A stretch of 64,000 nt of DNA from Gemmatimonadota bacterium (GCA_039584255.1 JBDGYE010000005.1:1869-65868); one strand, 5' to 3'; counted from the first letter of the stretch, positions 16,411 to 25,954 are shown. The notes: generated from the sequence alone by a model not told the origin. Translations and numbers: made by a program.

Positions 16411-18308
16411 TCGACCGACCCGGCGACCGGTGGAGGGCCCGCGGCTCCGGCGGCCCGACGCGCCTGGTCATACTTGCGCTCGCCTTCGGCTCGCTGGCCT
16501 GCGAAGGCTCCTCGGCGCCGCCGCCCGGCGCCGTGCTCTGGCTCTCGGCAGATTCCCTGGGAGCCGAAGCCGGTACGTACGTCGAGGCGTGGCCTGACGC
16601 GTCCGGGTATGGCCATGACGTGGCGGTCGTGCCTTTTCCCCCCGGCATCAGGCCGAGTGGCGATCCGCCGGACAGGCGCCCCCGTCTTACCCCTCCGGAA
16701 GAGGGACTGGCCGGTCATTCCGTGGCCAGGTTCGACGGCGCGGATGATCTGCTGGGCATTGCCGACGCGGACCTGCTCAACGTGGGCGGCCCCTATGGGC
16801 GGCGGACCATATTCCTCGCGTTTCGAACCGGTGTGGATGTGCGGCGCCGGCAGATGCTCTTCGAGACCGGCGGAGACCTGCGCGGGTTCAACGTCTATCT
16901 GGACGAGGGCGTGCTTCGTCTGGGGGTCTACAACCTGTGGAACGACGACCGGGGAAGCACGACCCCGTTCGGACCCCTGACCATCTTCGCTCCGATTCGG
17001 CCCGGCACGGGCTACCTGGTCACCCTGGAGCTGGACCAGCCGCGCGGCTTGCTGCGGGGCTGGCTGAACGAACGGCCCATCGGCTCGGTGGCCGGTGCGG
17101 GCCGCGTATTCGTCCACCATGAGGACATCGGCATCGGCGCCATCAACGAAGACACCTACTACCACGACGGAGTCCGGCAAGGGGTGCCCACCGGCGATTT
17201 CTTCGCCGGGGATGTAGCCGAGATCCTCGTCTATAACGACGTCCTGACCGACCGTGCGCGAAGAGCTACGGAACGGTACCTGGGCGGAAAGTACGGCCTC
17301 GGGCGACAGTCGAGTCCGGCCGCCCCGGATTCCGGCTCCCGCCTGTACGCCGCCTCGGGCATTACCGACGAGATCCTGAGGCTGGATCCCGCCGACGGCT
17401 CGCGCACGGGCACCGTCGACGTGGACCGGCGCCGGGGAGAGGTGGACGAGCCGCATGGAGTGGCAGTCGGCCCCGAGGGGCTTCACTGGTACGCCACCCT
17501 CTCCCACGGCGAGCCGACGCTCTGGAAGTTCGAGCTGGCCGGCGACCGCCTCGTCGGCCGCGTCCGGCTCCCGACCGCGGGCGCGGCGCGAATCGGCATC
17601 ACGCCGGACGGGAAGCGGGCATTCATCCCCGACTATGACCGCAGCAGGCCCGGACACCCTGGCAAGGTCGCCGTAGTAGGACTCGCGGATCTCTCCATCG
17701 AGGCTACGCTTAGCCCGTGCGCCGGTCCGCATCACGCGGCGCCCGATCCGACCGGCCGGCTCGTCGCCGTGGCCTGCAGCCTCAGCGATGAGGTCGTGAT
17801 CCTCGACGCGCGGACGCTGGAGGAGGTGCGCCGGTTCCCTGTTGACGAGAGCCCGGGCCCTCCCGGCGCCCCAGGCTTCAAGCCGCTGAACCTCGCCTGG
17901 TCCACGGACGGCGCGACGCTGTACGTGGCGATGCACCTCACGGATGCGATCCGGGCCTTCGACCGCGACGGCAACGTCGTGGGCACCGTCACCGTCGGCG
18001 ACGGACCGGCCCAGATCGCCGTCAGTCCCGACGGGCGGACCCTGGTGTCGGCGAACAGGCGCGACGGCAGCCTGTCCGTGGTCGCGGTTCCGGATCTGAT
18101 CGAGCAAAAGAGGGTCGCGCTGGACACGGCGCGCCCCCACGGCGTGGCACTGGATACGGCCGGCGCCACGGCCTTCGTCACCTGTGAGGGGACGCCGGAG
18201 AGCCGAGCGCGTGTGGTCGCCGTCGATCTGGAAGCCGGTCGAGTAAAGTGGACGGCGGACGGGGGCGGATACGCGCTCGGAATCGCCTACGCTGCCGGCC
18301 CCCGGTAG
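16386..18308 (+). CDS. secreted LamG (concanavalin-A-like) domain + YVTN-family beta-propeller repeat protein
   Basis: Start tentatively at in-frame GTG 16386, overlapping the previous gene by 25 nt. Lipoprotein-like signal ...RLVILALAFGSLAC. The LamG-like region ends ...FAGDVAEILVYNDVLTDRARRATERYLGGKYGL. The C-terminus has YVTN-type repeats (RLYAASGITDEILRLDPADG, HGVAVGPEG, RIGITPDGKRAF, VAVACSLSDEVVILDARTLE, AQIAVSPDGRTLVSANRRDGSLSVV). Confidence 0.6.
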   Translation: MGAPAHVLIDRPGDRWRARGSGGPTRLVILALAFGSLACEGSSAPPPGAVLWLSADSLGAEAGTYVEAWPDASGYGHDVAVVPFPPGIRPSGDPPDRRPRLTPPEEGLAGHSVARFDGADDLLGIADADLLNVGGPYGRRTIFLAFRTGVDVRRRQMLFETGGDLRGFNVYLDEGVLRLGVYNLWNDDRGSTTPFGPLTIFAPIRPGTGYLVTLELDQPRGLLRGWLNERPIGSVAGAGRVFVHHEDIGIGAINEDTYYHDGVRQGVPTGDFFAGDVAEILVYNDVLTDRARRATERYLGGKYGLGRQSSPAAPDSGSRLYAASGITDEILRLDPADGSRTGTVDVDRRRGEVDEPHGVAVGPEGLHWYATLSHGEPTLWKFELAGDRLVGRVRLPTAGAARIGITPDGKRAFIPDYDRSRPGHPGKVAVVGLADLSIEATLSPCAGPHHAAPDPTGRLVAVACSLSDEVVILDARTLEEVRRFPVDESPGPPGAPGFKPLNLAWSTDGATLYVAMHLTDAIRAFDRDGNVVGTVTVGDGPAQIAVSPDGRTLVSANRRDGSLSVVAVPDLIEQKRVALDTARPHGVALDTAGATAFVTCEGTPESRARVVAVDLEAGRVKWTADGGGYALGIAYAAGPR

Positions 18309-18338
18309 CTCGACGGCCGGGATCGCCGCCGGGGCTGG

Positions 18339-18734
18339 CTACAGCGACGCGATCGCTCTCTGCAGCCCTTCCTCGGCCCCATCCGCGACTGGCCGGATGG
18401 AATCGGACTCGGCCACATCCATCATCGAACGCGGACGCGCGATCGCCACCTCGGAGCCGCCATCCGTCTCGGCCACCACCACGTTGCACGGCAGCACGAG
18501 CCCAATGGAGTCCTCTGTGGTGAGGGCGCGGTGGGCCAGGGACGGGTTGCACGCCCCGAGGATCACGTAAGGCCGGAAGCCGACATCCAGCTTCTGCCTG
18601 AGCGTATCGCGCACGTCGATGGTGGTGAGGATGCCGAACCCTTCGTCCTTCAGAGCCTCGGTCACGCGTTCGACGGCCTCCTCGTAGCCCACTCCAGGCA
18701 GTTCTCTGTACATGTTGTAGCCCGTCTGCTTCAT
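18339..18734 (-). CDS. DUF302 domain protein
   Basis: MKQTGYNMYRELPGVGYEEAVERVTEALKDEGFGILTTIDVRDTLRQKLDVGFRPYVILGACNP is the DUF302 consensus. The upstream part of the track ORF is read-through. Confidence 0.7.
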   Translation of the reverse strand: MKQTGYNMYRELPGVGYEEAVERVTEALKDEGFGILTTIDVRDTLRQKLDVGFRPYVILGACNPSLAHRALTTEDSIGLVLPCNVVVAETDGGSEVAIARPRSMMDVAESDSIRPVADGAEEGLQRAIASL

Positions 18735-18864
18735 CGATCCGCTCCTGGCAGTCCGTGTCGCGCCGCCATCCGGGAAGCCACTACGGCCCACTATCGTAAT
18801 GCCGTCGCCGCCTCCGTCAAACCCGTACTTGCGCGTTCGCCATAACGGCTGTCTACTCTGGGGT

Positions 18865-19518
18865 ATGCCAGTCTCTCCGCAGTCCGGGCGCTGTGTCCAA
18901 CGGCCCGGCGGGTTCCCGCCCACTACCGCCCTGCTGGGGTTCGTCTTGCTCTCGGCCTGCGCCGGCTCCTCGCCTCCGCCGATGACATCCGCGTCGGAGG
19001 GCTGGACCGAGGAGGGGGTCGCTTCGTGGTACGGGCCGGGGTTCGATGGGAAGCGAACGGCCTCCGGCGAGGTCTACGACATGGAGGCCATGACAGCCGC
19101 CCACAGGCGCCTGCCGTTCGGGACGCGGGTCAGGGTGAACAACCTGGACAACGGGCGGCGGACGGAAGTGCGCGTTAACGACCGCGGACCGTTCGTGGAC
19201 GACAGGATCATCGATCTGTCGCGGGCCGCCGCCAGGGAGATCGGCATGCTGGGCTCGGGAACCGCCCGCGTGCGGATCATCGTTGTCGAGATGTCGGAGC
19301 TGCTCCAGTGTAGCGTGGTCCAGGTGGGGGCGTTCTCGGAACGGTCCAACGCTGAGGCCCTGGAGCTCCGTCTCCGCTCCGCCGGAGAGCCGGTTCGCAT
19401 CCTGCGCGGAGGCGACGGCATGAGCCGCGTCCTGCTGGGACCGTACGACGATCTGGAGACCGCCGAGAGCGTGAGCAGGCGCTACGAAGGCATGTTGAGG
19501 CCCTGCGAGTCGGTTTGA
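18865..19518 (+). CDS. rlpA: septal ring lytic transglycosylase RlpA family protein (DPBB + SPOR domains)
   Basis: Lipobox LLSACAG. The DPBB is GVASWYGPGFDGKRTASGEVYDMEAMTAAHRRLPFGTRVRVNNLDNGRRTEVRVNDRGPFVDDRIIDLSRAAA. The C-terminal SPOR-like is CSVVQVGAFSERSNAEALELRL. Confidence 0.8.
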   Translation: MPVSPQSGRCVQRPGGFPPTTALLGFVLLSACAGSSPPPMTSASEGWTEEGVASWYGPGFDGKRTASGEVYDMEAMTAAHRRLPFGTRVRVNNLDNGRRTEVRVNDRGPFVDDRIIDLSRAAAREIGMLGSGTARVRIIVVEMSELLQCSVVQVGAFSERSNAEALELRLRSAGEPVRILRGGDGMSRVLLGPYDDLETAESVSRRYEGMLRPCESV

Positions 19519-19636
19519 GTCGAACGACAGAAACACGGCCGCCTTTCGGAGTGTATGGAAGGGGCCGCTAGAGATGACGGAAGATGATGGACGGACGATC
19601 GACCAGCCTCGAGCGCCCGATCCGAGGGAGGATGGA

Positions 19637-22600
19637 ATGACACGTGGGCCTATCCGTTACCGGTCACTCCTCGTTGCCGGCGCCCTGCTCCTGGCAGGGG
19701 CCGCGCTTCCCGCGACCGCGGAGGCTCAGTACTTCGGGCGCAACAAGGTCCAGTACGAGAGTTTCGATTTCGAGGTCCTCAAGACCGAGCACTTCGACAT
19801 CTACTACTACGACGAAGGGGAGGAGGTCATCCGGGAGGCGGCCCGCATGGCGGAGCGCTGGTACGCACGCATCGCGCGCCTTCTCGACCATCAGCTGAGG
19901 GGCCAGCAGCCGCTGATCCTGTATGTCAGCCATCCTCACTTCGAGCAGACGAACGCGATCTTCGGAGAGATCGGCGAGTCGACGGGCGGCGTCACGGAGG
20001 TGCTGAAGCGGAGGATCGTGCTCCCGCTCGCCGGCCCGCTGAAGGAGTCCGATCACGTCCTGGGCCACGAGCTGGTCCACGCCTTCCAGTTCGACATCAC
20101 CGCCTTCTCGGGCGACGGAGGAGTCGGCTTCCGGGGGCCGACGGCGCTCCTGCTTCCGCTGTGGTTCATCGAGGGGATGGCCGAGTACCTGTCCGTGGGA
20201 CCCTTGGACGCCCACACCGCCATGTGGATGCGCGACGCCGCCAGCGGGTGCTGCGAGCTGCCCACACTCATGGACCTGACGCAGAACCCTTACAGGTACT
20301 TTCCGTACCGCTGGGGACAGGCCTTCTGGGCTTTCGTGGCGGGCAACTGGGGAGATGAAGCGATCGGCAAGATCCTCAAGGTCGCGGGGCGCAACGGAAA
20401 CACCATCGGTGCCATCGAGGCGGTGCTCCAGGTGCCGGTCGATTCGCTGACGGCGGAGTGGCACCGGGCGATCATCGATATGTACGCTGAGGTGGCGGAG
20501 GACGATGAGGGAGCCCTGGCGGGGCTAGAGGCCAGGCAACCGGACGCCGAGGTGCCGGAAGGCGAGGAGGGCGACCGGCCGGAACCGCTCGACGACGAAG
20601 AGATGCTGGCAGTCTTCGCCGCTCAGCACGGCGGGGCCACCCCGCTGGTCTCGAAGCGCACCGGGGCCGGAGGTCTGAACGTCGGTCCGGCCCTCAGCCC
20701 GGACGGAAGCCGGGTCGTCTTCCTGTCGGAGAAGGACCTGTTCTCGATCGAGATGTTCCTGGCCGACGCACAGACCGGGGAAGTCATCCGGCGCCTGACC
20801 AAGGCCGCTTCGGACCCGCATTTCGAGAGCCTCCAGTTCATCAACTCATCGGGCGCCTGGAGCTACGACAGCCGCCACTTCGCCTACGCTTTTGTCACCG
20901 CCGGACGGCCGGCGATAATCATCATCGAGGCGGAGACCGGGAAGAAGGTGAGGGAACTCCGCTTCGAGACGCTGGGCGAGATCTTCACCCCGACCTTCTC
21001 GCCGGACGGGCGGTCGCTAGCCTTCTCGGCCATCGTGAACGGCTACACGGACCTGTTCGTCGTGGACATCGAGACCGAGGAGCTACGGCGCCTGACCAGC
21101 GACATGTTCGCCGACCTGCAGCCAGCCTGGTCCCCGGACGGGGCGGCGATCGCCTTCGTCACCGATCGCTTCTCGAGCGACCTCGGCACGCTCGAGTACG
21201 GCAACTACCGGCTGGCGATCATTGACCCGGCCACGTCCGAGATTCAAGCCCTGCCGGTGTTCGGCGTCGGAAAGCACATCGACCCTCAGTGGTCGGCCGA
21301 CGGCCAGAGCATCTACTTCGTGACCGACGTGAGCGGGATCTCGAACGTCTACCGGTTCGAGTTCCAGGGAGGCAACCTGTACCAGGTCACCGACCTGAAC
21401 ACGGGCGTGAGCGGCATCACCGCGTTGAGCCCCGCCATCTCCGCCGCGGCCGCGTCGGACAAGCTGGTGTACACCGCGTTCGAGGGCGGCGACTACAACC
21501 TCTACGCCATCGATGATCCGGCCCGGCTGGAAGGTGAACCCATCGAGGCGGCCATCGCCGGGGTGAGCCCGGCGATGCTGCCGCCGCAGGACAGGTCCGC
21601 GGGGCTGGTGAGTGTGCTCATGGACGAGCCGGAGCTGGGTCTCGCGGACACCCTCACGTTCACCGCCGACAACTACCGGCCGGGCCTGGCCCTGGATTAC
21701 GTGAGCCAACCCCAGCTTGCGGCTGGTGCCGACCGGTACGGGGCCTTCCTCGCGGGCGGGATATCGCTCTTCTTCAGCGACATGCTGGGGAACCGCAACC
21801 TGGGCACCGTGGTGAACATCAACACCGCCGCCGGCGACATCCTCAGGAGCTCGTCGCTGGTCGTGAGCTATCAGAACCGGCGGACGCGCTGGAACTGGGG
21901 CATCGAGGCCGGACAGGTTCCGTTTGTCACGAGCCAATTCCGGCTATTGGACCTCGGCAACGGCTTATTCCAACAGGAAGAGCTCAGGCAGTGGCAGATC
22001 AACCGCCTGGTCACGACGGGAGTCTCCTATCCGTTCAGCAGGGCGTCACGCGTGGAGTTCGGCGCCGGGTTCCAGGGGATCGACTTCGCGAACGAGATCC
22101 GGCGCACCGTCTTCGATAGCTTTGGCGTCCAGGTCAGCGAAACGGAGAAGGAAGAGTTGCCGTCCCCGGAGACGCTTCTCATGGGGATCTTCACGGCGGC
22201 GCTGGTCTACGACAACACGCTGTTCGGAGGGACCGGGCCGATCCTGGGGCAGCGCTACCGGCTCGAGATCTCGCCCAGGGTCGGGGACCTGAACTACTAC
22301 ACGCCCTTGGTGGACTACCGCCGTTACTTCATGCCGGTGAGACCCACGACGTTAGCGTTCCGACTCCTCGGATTCGGCCGCTTTGGTCAGGACGCGGAGG
22401 ACATCCGGCTGTCCTCATTGTACCTCGGGTACCCATCGCTGATGCGGGGATACAATGACGGATCGTACTCCTTCGACGAGTGCGAGGGCGGCGTCACGGA
22501 TCAGGGACTGACCTCGTGCCCCGCCTTCGACCAGTTGTTCGGGAGCCGGATCGCCGTCGCCAACTTCGAGTACCGGATCCCGCTGCTCGGCTTCTTCGGT

Positions 22601-22864
22601 TTGATCCCGTCCGCAGGAGCTCCGCCGGTTGAGACGGCGCTGTTCTTCGACGCCGGAGTTGCCTGGAATAGAGCCCTCGATCCCACTTTCTCCTGCGCCA
22701 GCGACCTCACCGCCGGTGTCGACTGCCGGGAGGTGGTTACGAGCCACGGGATCGCCATGCGCGTGAACCTGCTGGGGCTGCTGCTCATGGAGCTGGACTT
22801 CGTGCACCCCAACAACCGGCCGAGGGGCTGGTACTGGCAGTTCAGCCTGGTCCCGTCGTTCTGA
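19637..22864 (+). CDS. large secreted protein: peptidase-MA-like (HExxH) domain + TolB-like PD40 beta-propeller repeats + C-terminal outer-membrane beta-barrel
   Basis: RBS GGGAGGATGG. The signal peptide ends AEAQ. HELVHAF zinc-metalloprotease motif is present. PD40-type repeats are seen (SPDGSRVVFLSEKD, SPDGRSLAFSA, SPDGAAIAFVTDR, SADGQSIYFVTD). The last ~400 aa have alternating β-strand patterns ending ...WYWQFSLVPSF with a terminal Phe typical of OM barrels. Confidence 0.55.
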   Translation: MTRGPIRYRSLLVAGALLLAGAALPATAEAQYFGRNKVQYESFDFEVLKTEHFDIYYYDEGEEVIREAARMAERWYARIARLLDHQLRGQQPLILYVSHPHFEQTNAIFGEIGESTGGVTEVLKRRIVLPLAGPLKESDHVLGHELVHAFQFDITAFSGDGGVGFRGPTALLLPLWFIEGMAEYLSVGPLDAHTAMWMRDAASGCCELPTLMDLTQNPYRYFPYRWGQAFWAFVAGNWGDEAIGKILKVAGRNGNTIGAIEAVLQVPVDSLTAEWHRAIIDMYAEVAEDDEGALAGLEARQPDAEVPEGEEGDRPEPLDDEEMLAVFAAQHGGATPLVSKRTGAGGLNVGPALSPDGSRVVFLSEKDLFSIEMFLADAQTGEVIRRLTKAASDPHFESLQFINSSGAWSYDSRHFAYAFVTAGRPAIIIIEAETGKKVRELRFETLGEIFTPTFSPDGRSLAFSAIVNGYTDLFVVDIETEELRRLTSDMFADLQPAWSPDGAAIAFVTDRFSSDLGTLEYGNYRLAIIDPATSEIQALPVFGVGKHIDPQWSADGQSIYFVTDVSGISNVYRFEFQGGNLYQVTDLNTGVSGITALSPAISAAAASDKLVYTAFEGGDYNLYAIDDPARLEGEPIEAAIAGVSPAMLPPQDRSAGLVSVLMDEPELGLADTLTFTADNYRPGLALDYVSQPQLAAGADRYGAFLAGGISLFFSDMLGNRNLGTVVNINTAAGDILRSSSLVVSYQNRRTRWNWGIEAGQVPFVTSQFRLLDLGNGLFQQEELRQWQINRLVTTGVSYPFSRASRVEFGAGFQGIDFANEIRRTVFDSFGVQVSETEKEELPSPETLLMGIFTAALVYDNTLFGGTGPILGQRYRLEISPRVGDLNYYTPLVDYRRYFMPVRPTTLAFRLLGFGRFGQDAEDIRLSSLYLGYPSLMRGYNDGSYSFDECEGGVTDQGLTSCPAFDQLFGSRIAVANFEYRIPLLGFFGLIPSAGAPPVETALFFDAGVAWNRALDPTFSCASDLTAGVDCREVVTSHGIAMRVNLLGLLLMELDFVHPNNRPRGWYWQFSLVPSF

Positions 22865-22923
22865 TCGACTGCGACGGGCCACGCCGGTAGGCATTTGCGT
22901 GGCTCTTCTCCTCCGGAGGGTGT

Positions 22924-23271
22924 TTGAAGCTTGTCCTGAAATGGCTAATCAACGCCGCCGCTCTCTACGTGGCGGAGCGCCTGGTCCCCGGGATCCAGGT
23001 CGACGATACCGGTTCTCTTCTTCTGGCGGCGGCGGTAATCGGCTTGGTGAACGCGGGTCTCAAGCCGCTGGCAGTCGTGCTTACGCTCCCCGTCACGGTC
23101 CTGACCCTCGGGTTGTTTTATCTTGTGGTTAACGGAGCGATGCTCTATCTGGCGGCCGCGCTGACTCCCGGCTTCGAACTGAGCGGATTCGGCGCCGCCG
23201 TTCTGGGGGCGCTGGTGATGTCGATCGTCGCCATGCTTCTGAGCGGAATCGTAGATGCCGAAGCGGATTGA
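22924..23271 (+). CDS. phage holin family protein (DUF360/holin superfamily IV-like 4-TM membrane protein)
   Basis: TTG start with GGAGGG RBS 4 nt upstream. MKLVLKWLINAAALYVAERLVPGIQVD...GLVNAGLKPL... matches the DUF360 pattern; it is 115 aa. Confidence 0.55.
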   Translation: MKLVLKWLINAAALYVAERLVPGIQVDDTGSLLLAAAVIGLVNAGLKPLAVVLTLPVTVLTLGLFYLVVNGAMLYLAAALTPGFELSGFGAAVLGALVMSIVAMLLSGIVDAEAD

Positions 23272-23295
23272 CACGCCAACCTGAGCCCCGTCCTC

Positions 23296-24486
23296 GTGAC
23301 GGGTCCATGCGGCTTTCGGGCGAAAGGAGCCGTGGCCATCGTGGATTACTTCGGACGAGATCACCTCAGAGAACTGTTCGAAATCGAAGACGGATACGCC
23401 GTCTCCATCTACATGCCCACCCACCGACGCGGCGCCGACGTGGCGGCCCAGTCGCTGCGGCTCAGGGCGGCGCTGAAGGAGGCACGAGACCTCATCGGCG
23501 CGGACGGTGCGGCCGACGGAAGACGGGTGCTGGAAGCGTTCGAGCCATTGGTGGCGGATAACGAGTTCTGGCGCCACCAGGCGGACGGGCTGGCGCTGTT
23601 CGCCTGCAGGGGGTTCGAGAGGCTGTACAGGCTCCCGGTCCAGGTGCCCGAGCTCGTGGTGGTCGGGCCCACGTTCCATACCAAGCCACTCATCGAGTTC
23701 CTCCAGGCCCCGGATCGCTTTTGGGTCCTGGCGCTCACGCAGAAAGAAGTGCGCCTGTGGGAGGGATCGACGACTGGGCTCGCACCCGTGAACCTGGCCA
23801 CGGTCCCCACCAGCCTCCAGGAAGTCCTCGGGACGCCGATCGAAAAGGACCAGCTGTCGGTACGAAGCCCTCGGGGGCCGAACAGCACCGCCTACTTCCA
23901 CGGTCACGGGGCCGGAAAGGACGACAGCAAGCAGGAGCTCGAAAAGTACTTCCGGCATGTCGACTATGGGGTGAACGCGCTGCTGGAGGATGAGATAGGA
24001 CCGATCGTCCTGGCGGCCGTCGACTACTACCACCCCATCTACCAGGGCATCAGCAAGCTGGAAAACCTGGCCGCCGATGGGATCGTCGGGAACGTCACCG
24101 ACTGGGACGAGGCGCGCATACACGCGTCTGCATGGCCCATCGCGAGGAAAGTGGTGGACCGGAAGATCGACAAAGCCCTGAACCTGTGGGAGACCTCGTA
24201 CGGGCGAGGCAAGGTCGAGTCGGACGTCTCGGCGGCAGGCCGCCTGGCCGTCGCGGGCCGGGTCCGGCTGCTGCTGGCGGAGAAGAGCAGGCGAGTCTGG
24301 GGTCGTCTGGACCGAGTCACTGGGGCCGTGGAGGTCATCCGCGAGAACGGCAAGGACCCGGGGAACGAGATCGTCGACCTGCTGGACGAGCTGGCGGAGA
24401 TCACGATCAAGTACGGGGGACGGGCTCTAGTGCTTCCCCCGGAGAGGATGCCGACGGGGACGGGGCTGGCGGCGGTGCTTCGGTAG
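23296..24486 (+). CDS. bacterial eRF1/Pelota-like (baeRF family) protein
   Basis: The 396-aa protein has N-terminal ...VSIYMPTHRRG... and a central ...FHTKPLIEFLQAPDRFWVLALTQKEVRLWEG... The C-terminal domain ends ...GRALVLPPERMPTGTGLAAVLR, resembling eRF1/Pelota domain 3 (archaeal Pelota ends ...GGIAAILRF). No GGQ motif is seen. A GTG start at 23296 or 23341 is possible. Confidence 0.45.
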   Translation: MTGPCGFRAKGAVAIVDYFGRDHLRELFEIEDGYAVSIYMPTHRRGADVAAQSLRLRAALKEARDLIGADGAADGRRVLEAFEPLVADNEFWRHQADGLALFACRGFERLYRLPVQVPELVVVGPTFHTKPLIEFLQAPDRFWVLALTQKEVRLWEGSTTGLAPVNLATVPTSLQEVLGTPIEKDQLSVRSPRGPNSTAYFHGHGAGKDDSKQELEKYFRHVDYGVNALLEDEIGPIVLAAVDYYHPIYQGISKLENLAADGIVGNVTDWDEARIHASAWPIARKVVDRKIDKALNLWETSYGRGKVESDVSAAGRLAVAGRVRLLLAEKSRRVWGRLDRVTGAVEVIRENGKDPGNEIVDLLDELAEITIKYGGRALVLPPERMPTGTGLAAVLR

Positions 24487-24628
24487 GGCATGGGGCGCCG
24501 GCGCCCGCGTGACAAACAGGACTGCGCGCGCCGATTTCATCCCAGACAGCGAGCGGCCCGCCCGGGGGCGCGCCGCTCGTCGTGTCAAGTAAGTTGTGTG
24601 GCCTGGGCTCCTTGGCCCCTAATGCGGC

Positions 24629-25954
24629 TCAGTTCGCCGTGATGACCTCCGTGTCGATTTCCTCGGGGTCGCCGATGACCCCGAAGCGGTAGCCACCCAC
24701 GTAGTTGTTCGCTACGCGACGGACATCCTCGGGAGTCACGGAGCGGAGCTTCCCCTGGAAGTCGAGGGAGTTCTCCCAGCCGCCTCCGACGACCTCGTAG
24801 GTGGCCAGCATGCTGGCCTGCCCCATGTTCGTCTCCTGCCCCATCCAGTATCCAGTGAGGTAGGGATTGATGAACTCACCCACTGCCTCCGGCGTCATGG
24901 TCTCGTTCTGGAGGCGGTCCACCTCGTGGAACATCACCTTGATCGTCGTGTCGGGATCGACCGCGGTGACGTAGAGGAGCCCGTAGTTCGCCTCGCGCTG
25001 CGACATGCCTGCCCCAACCGCGTAGCTCAGGCTCCGCTTCGTGCGCACCTCCTCCCACAACCGTCGCGACAGCGTCGTGATCGCGGCCTGCATCGCCGGA
25101 TAGTCCGGGTCGTCGAGGCTGGGAGCCGGGAACTGGCCCCGGATGTAGTTAGTAGGGATCTCCCGGTCGACGATCTCCAGCTCCTCCGCTCCCGGCGCGG
25201 AGGGCGGAGCCGTTTGGGCCGTTCCCCCCGTTGCGGGAAGCGAGCCGAAGGCGTCGGCGATCTTCGACTCCAGGTCGGCGCGGTCGACGTTTCCGACGAC
25301 CACGAACACGAGGTTCTCCTTCGTCAGCCGCTCGCTGTGCCAGCCGACCAGGTCGTCGCGCGTCAGCGCCTCGATGCTCTCCACGGTCCCCCGCGGATCC
25401 AGCTCGTAGGGGTGACCGGCGTAGAAGAGGTTGTTCGCCAGAACCTCCAGGTAGTCGTCCGGGTCGTCGACGCGCTGCCGAAGCCCGTCCAGGATCTGCC
25501 CCCGTGCCAGCTCGACCTCCTCCTCGGGGAAGGTCGGCCGGAGGATCGCCTCCGTGAACAGCCCCCACGAGACGTCCCAGTGATCACGGACCGCCTGCAG
25601 TGTGGCCACGGAGTAGTCATGGAGCGCCTGCCCGCCGATCTGCGTTCCCGTGGCCTGTGCGCGCGCCGCGAACTCGTCCTTCGCGTAGTTCTCGGTCCCT
25701 CGTGTGAGTAGCATTCCGATGAAGGACTCGATTCCCTGGGTCTCCGGAGTCAGGTTGGCGCTGCCGCCCCGGAGTACGGCCCGGATCGCGATGACGTCGT
25801 TCGCCTCGATCGGCTTGTAGATCACGGGGATGCCCGCCACCTCGAATTCCACGACGCCGGCGTCGCCGGTCGGTTCCTCGGCCGGCGTGCAGCCCGCCAT
25901 CGAGCAGGCGACGAGGGCGGTGCCGGCGAGCAGGAAGTTCTTCGAGCGCCTCAT
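24629..25954 (-). CDS. M16 family peptidase-like lipoprotein (non-catalytic partner subunit; no HxxEH)
   Basis: Lipobox LVACSMAGC. The M16 fold pattern ...NYAKDEFAARAQATG...FYAGHPYELDPRGT... is present but the inverzincin HxxEH is absent. It overlaps the upstream M16 gene by ATGA. Confidence 0.75.
   Translation of the reverse strand: MRRSKNFLLAGTALVACSMAGCTPAEEPTGDAGVVEFEVAGIPVIYKPIEANDVIAIRAVLRGGSANLTPETQGIESFIGMLLTRGTENYAKDEFAARAQATGTQIGGQALHDYSVATLQAVRDHWDVSWGLFTEAILRPTFPEEEVELARGQILDGLRQRVDDPDDYLEVLANNLFYAGHPYELDPRGTVESIEALTRDDLVGWHSERLTKENLVFVVVGNVDRADLESKIADAFGSLPATGGTAQTAPPSAPGAEELEIVDREIPTNYIRGQFPAPSLDDPDYPAMQAAITTLSRRLWEEVRTKRSLSYAVGAGMSQREANYGLLYVTAVDPDTTIKVMFHEVDRLQNETMTPEAVGEFINPYLTGYWMGQETNMGQASMLATYEVVGGGWENSLDFQGKLRSVTPEDVRRVANNYVGGYRFGVIGDPEEIDTEVITAN

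Noticed and set aside
16344-18140. 598-aa minus-strand ORF antisense to the LamG/YVTN gene, and the 5' 300 codons of track ORF 15495..18308
   Set aside because: They are antisense or out-of-frame read-through. The translations are Arg/Gly/Pro-rich with no domain, whereas the sense frame shows clear repeat families.
22945-24123. 392-aa minus-strand ORF spanning the holin-like and baeRF-like genes
   Set aside because: It has no motif and a poly-R/G/D composition. Both plus-strand genes it overlaps have RBSs and recognisable folds.
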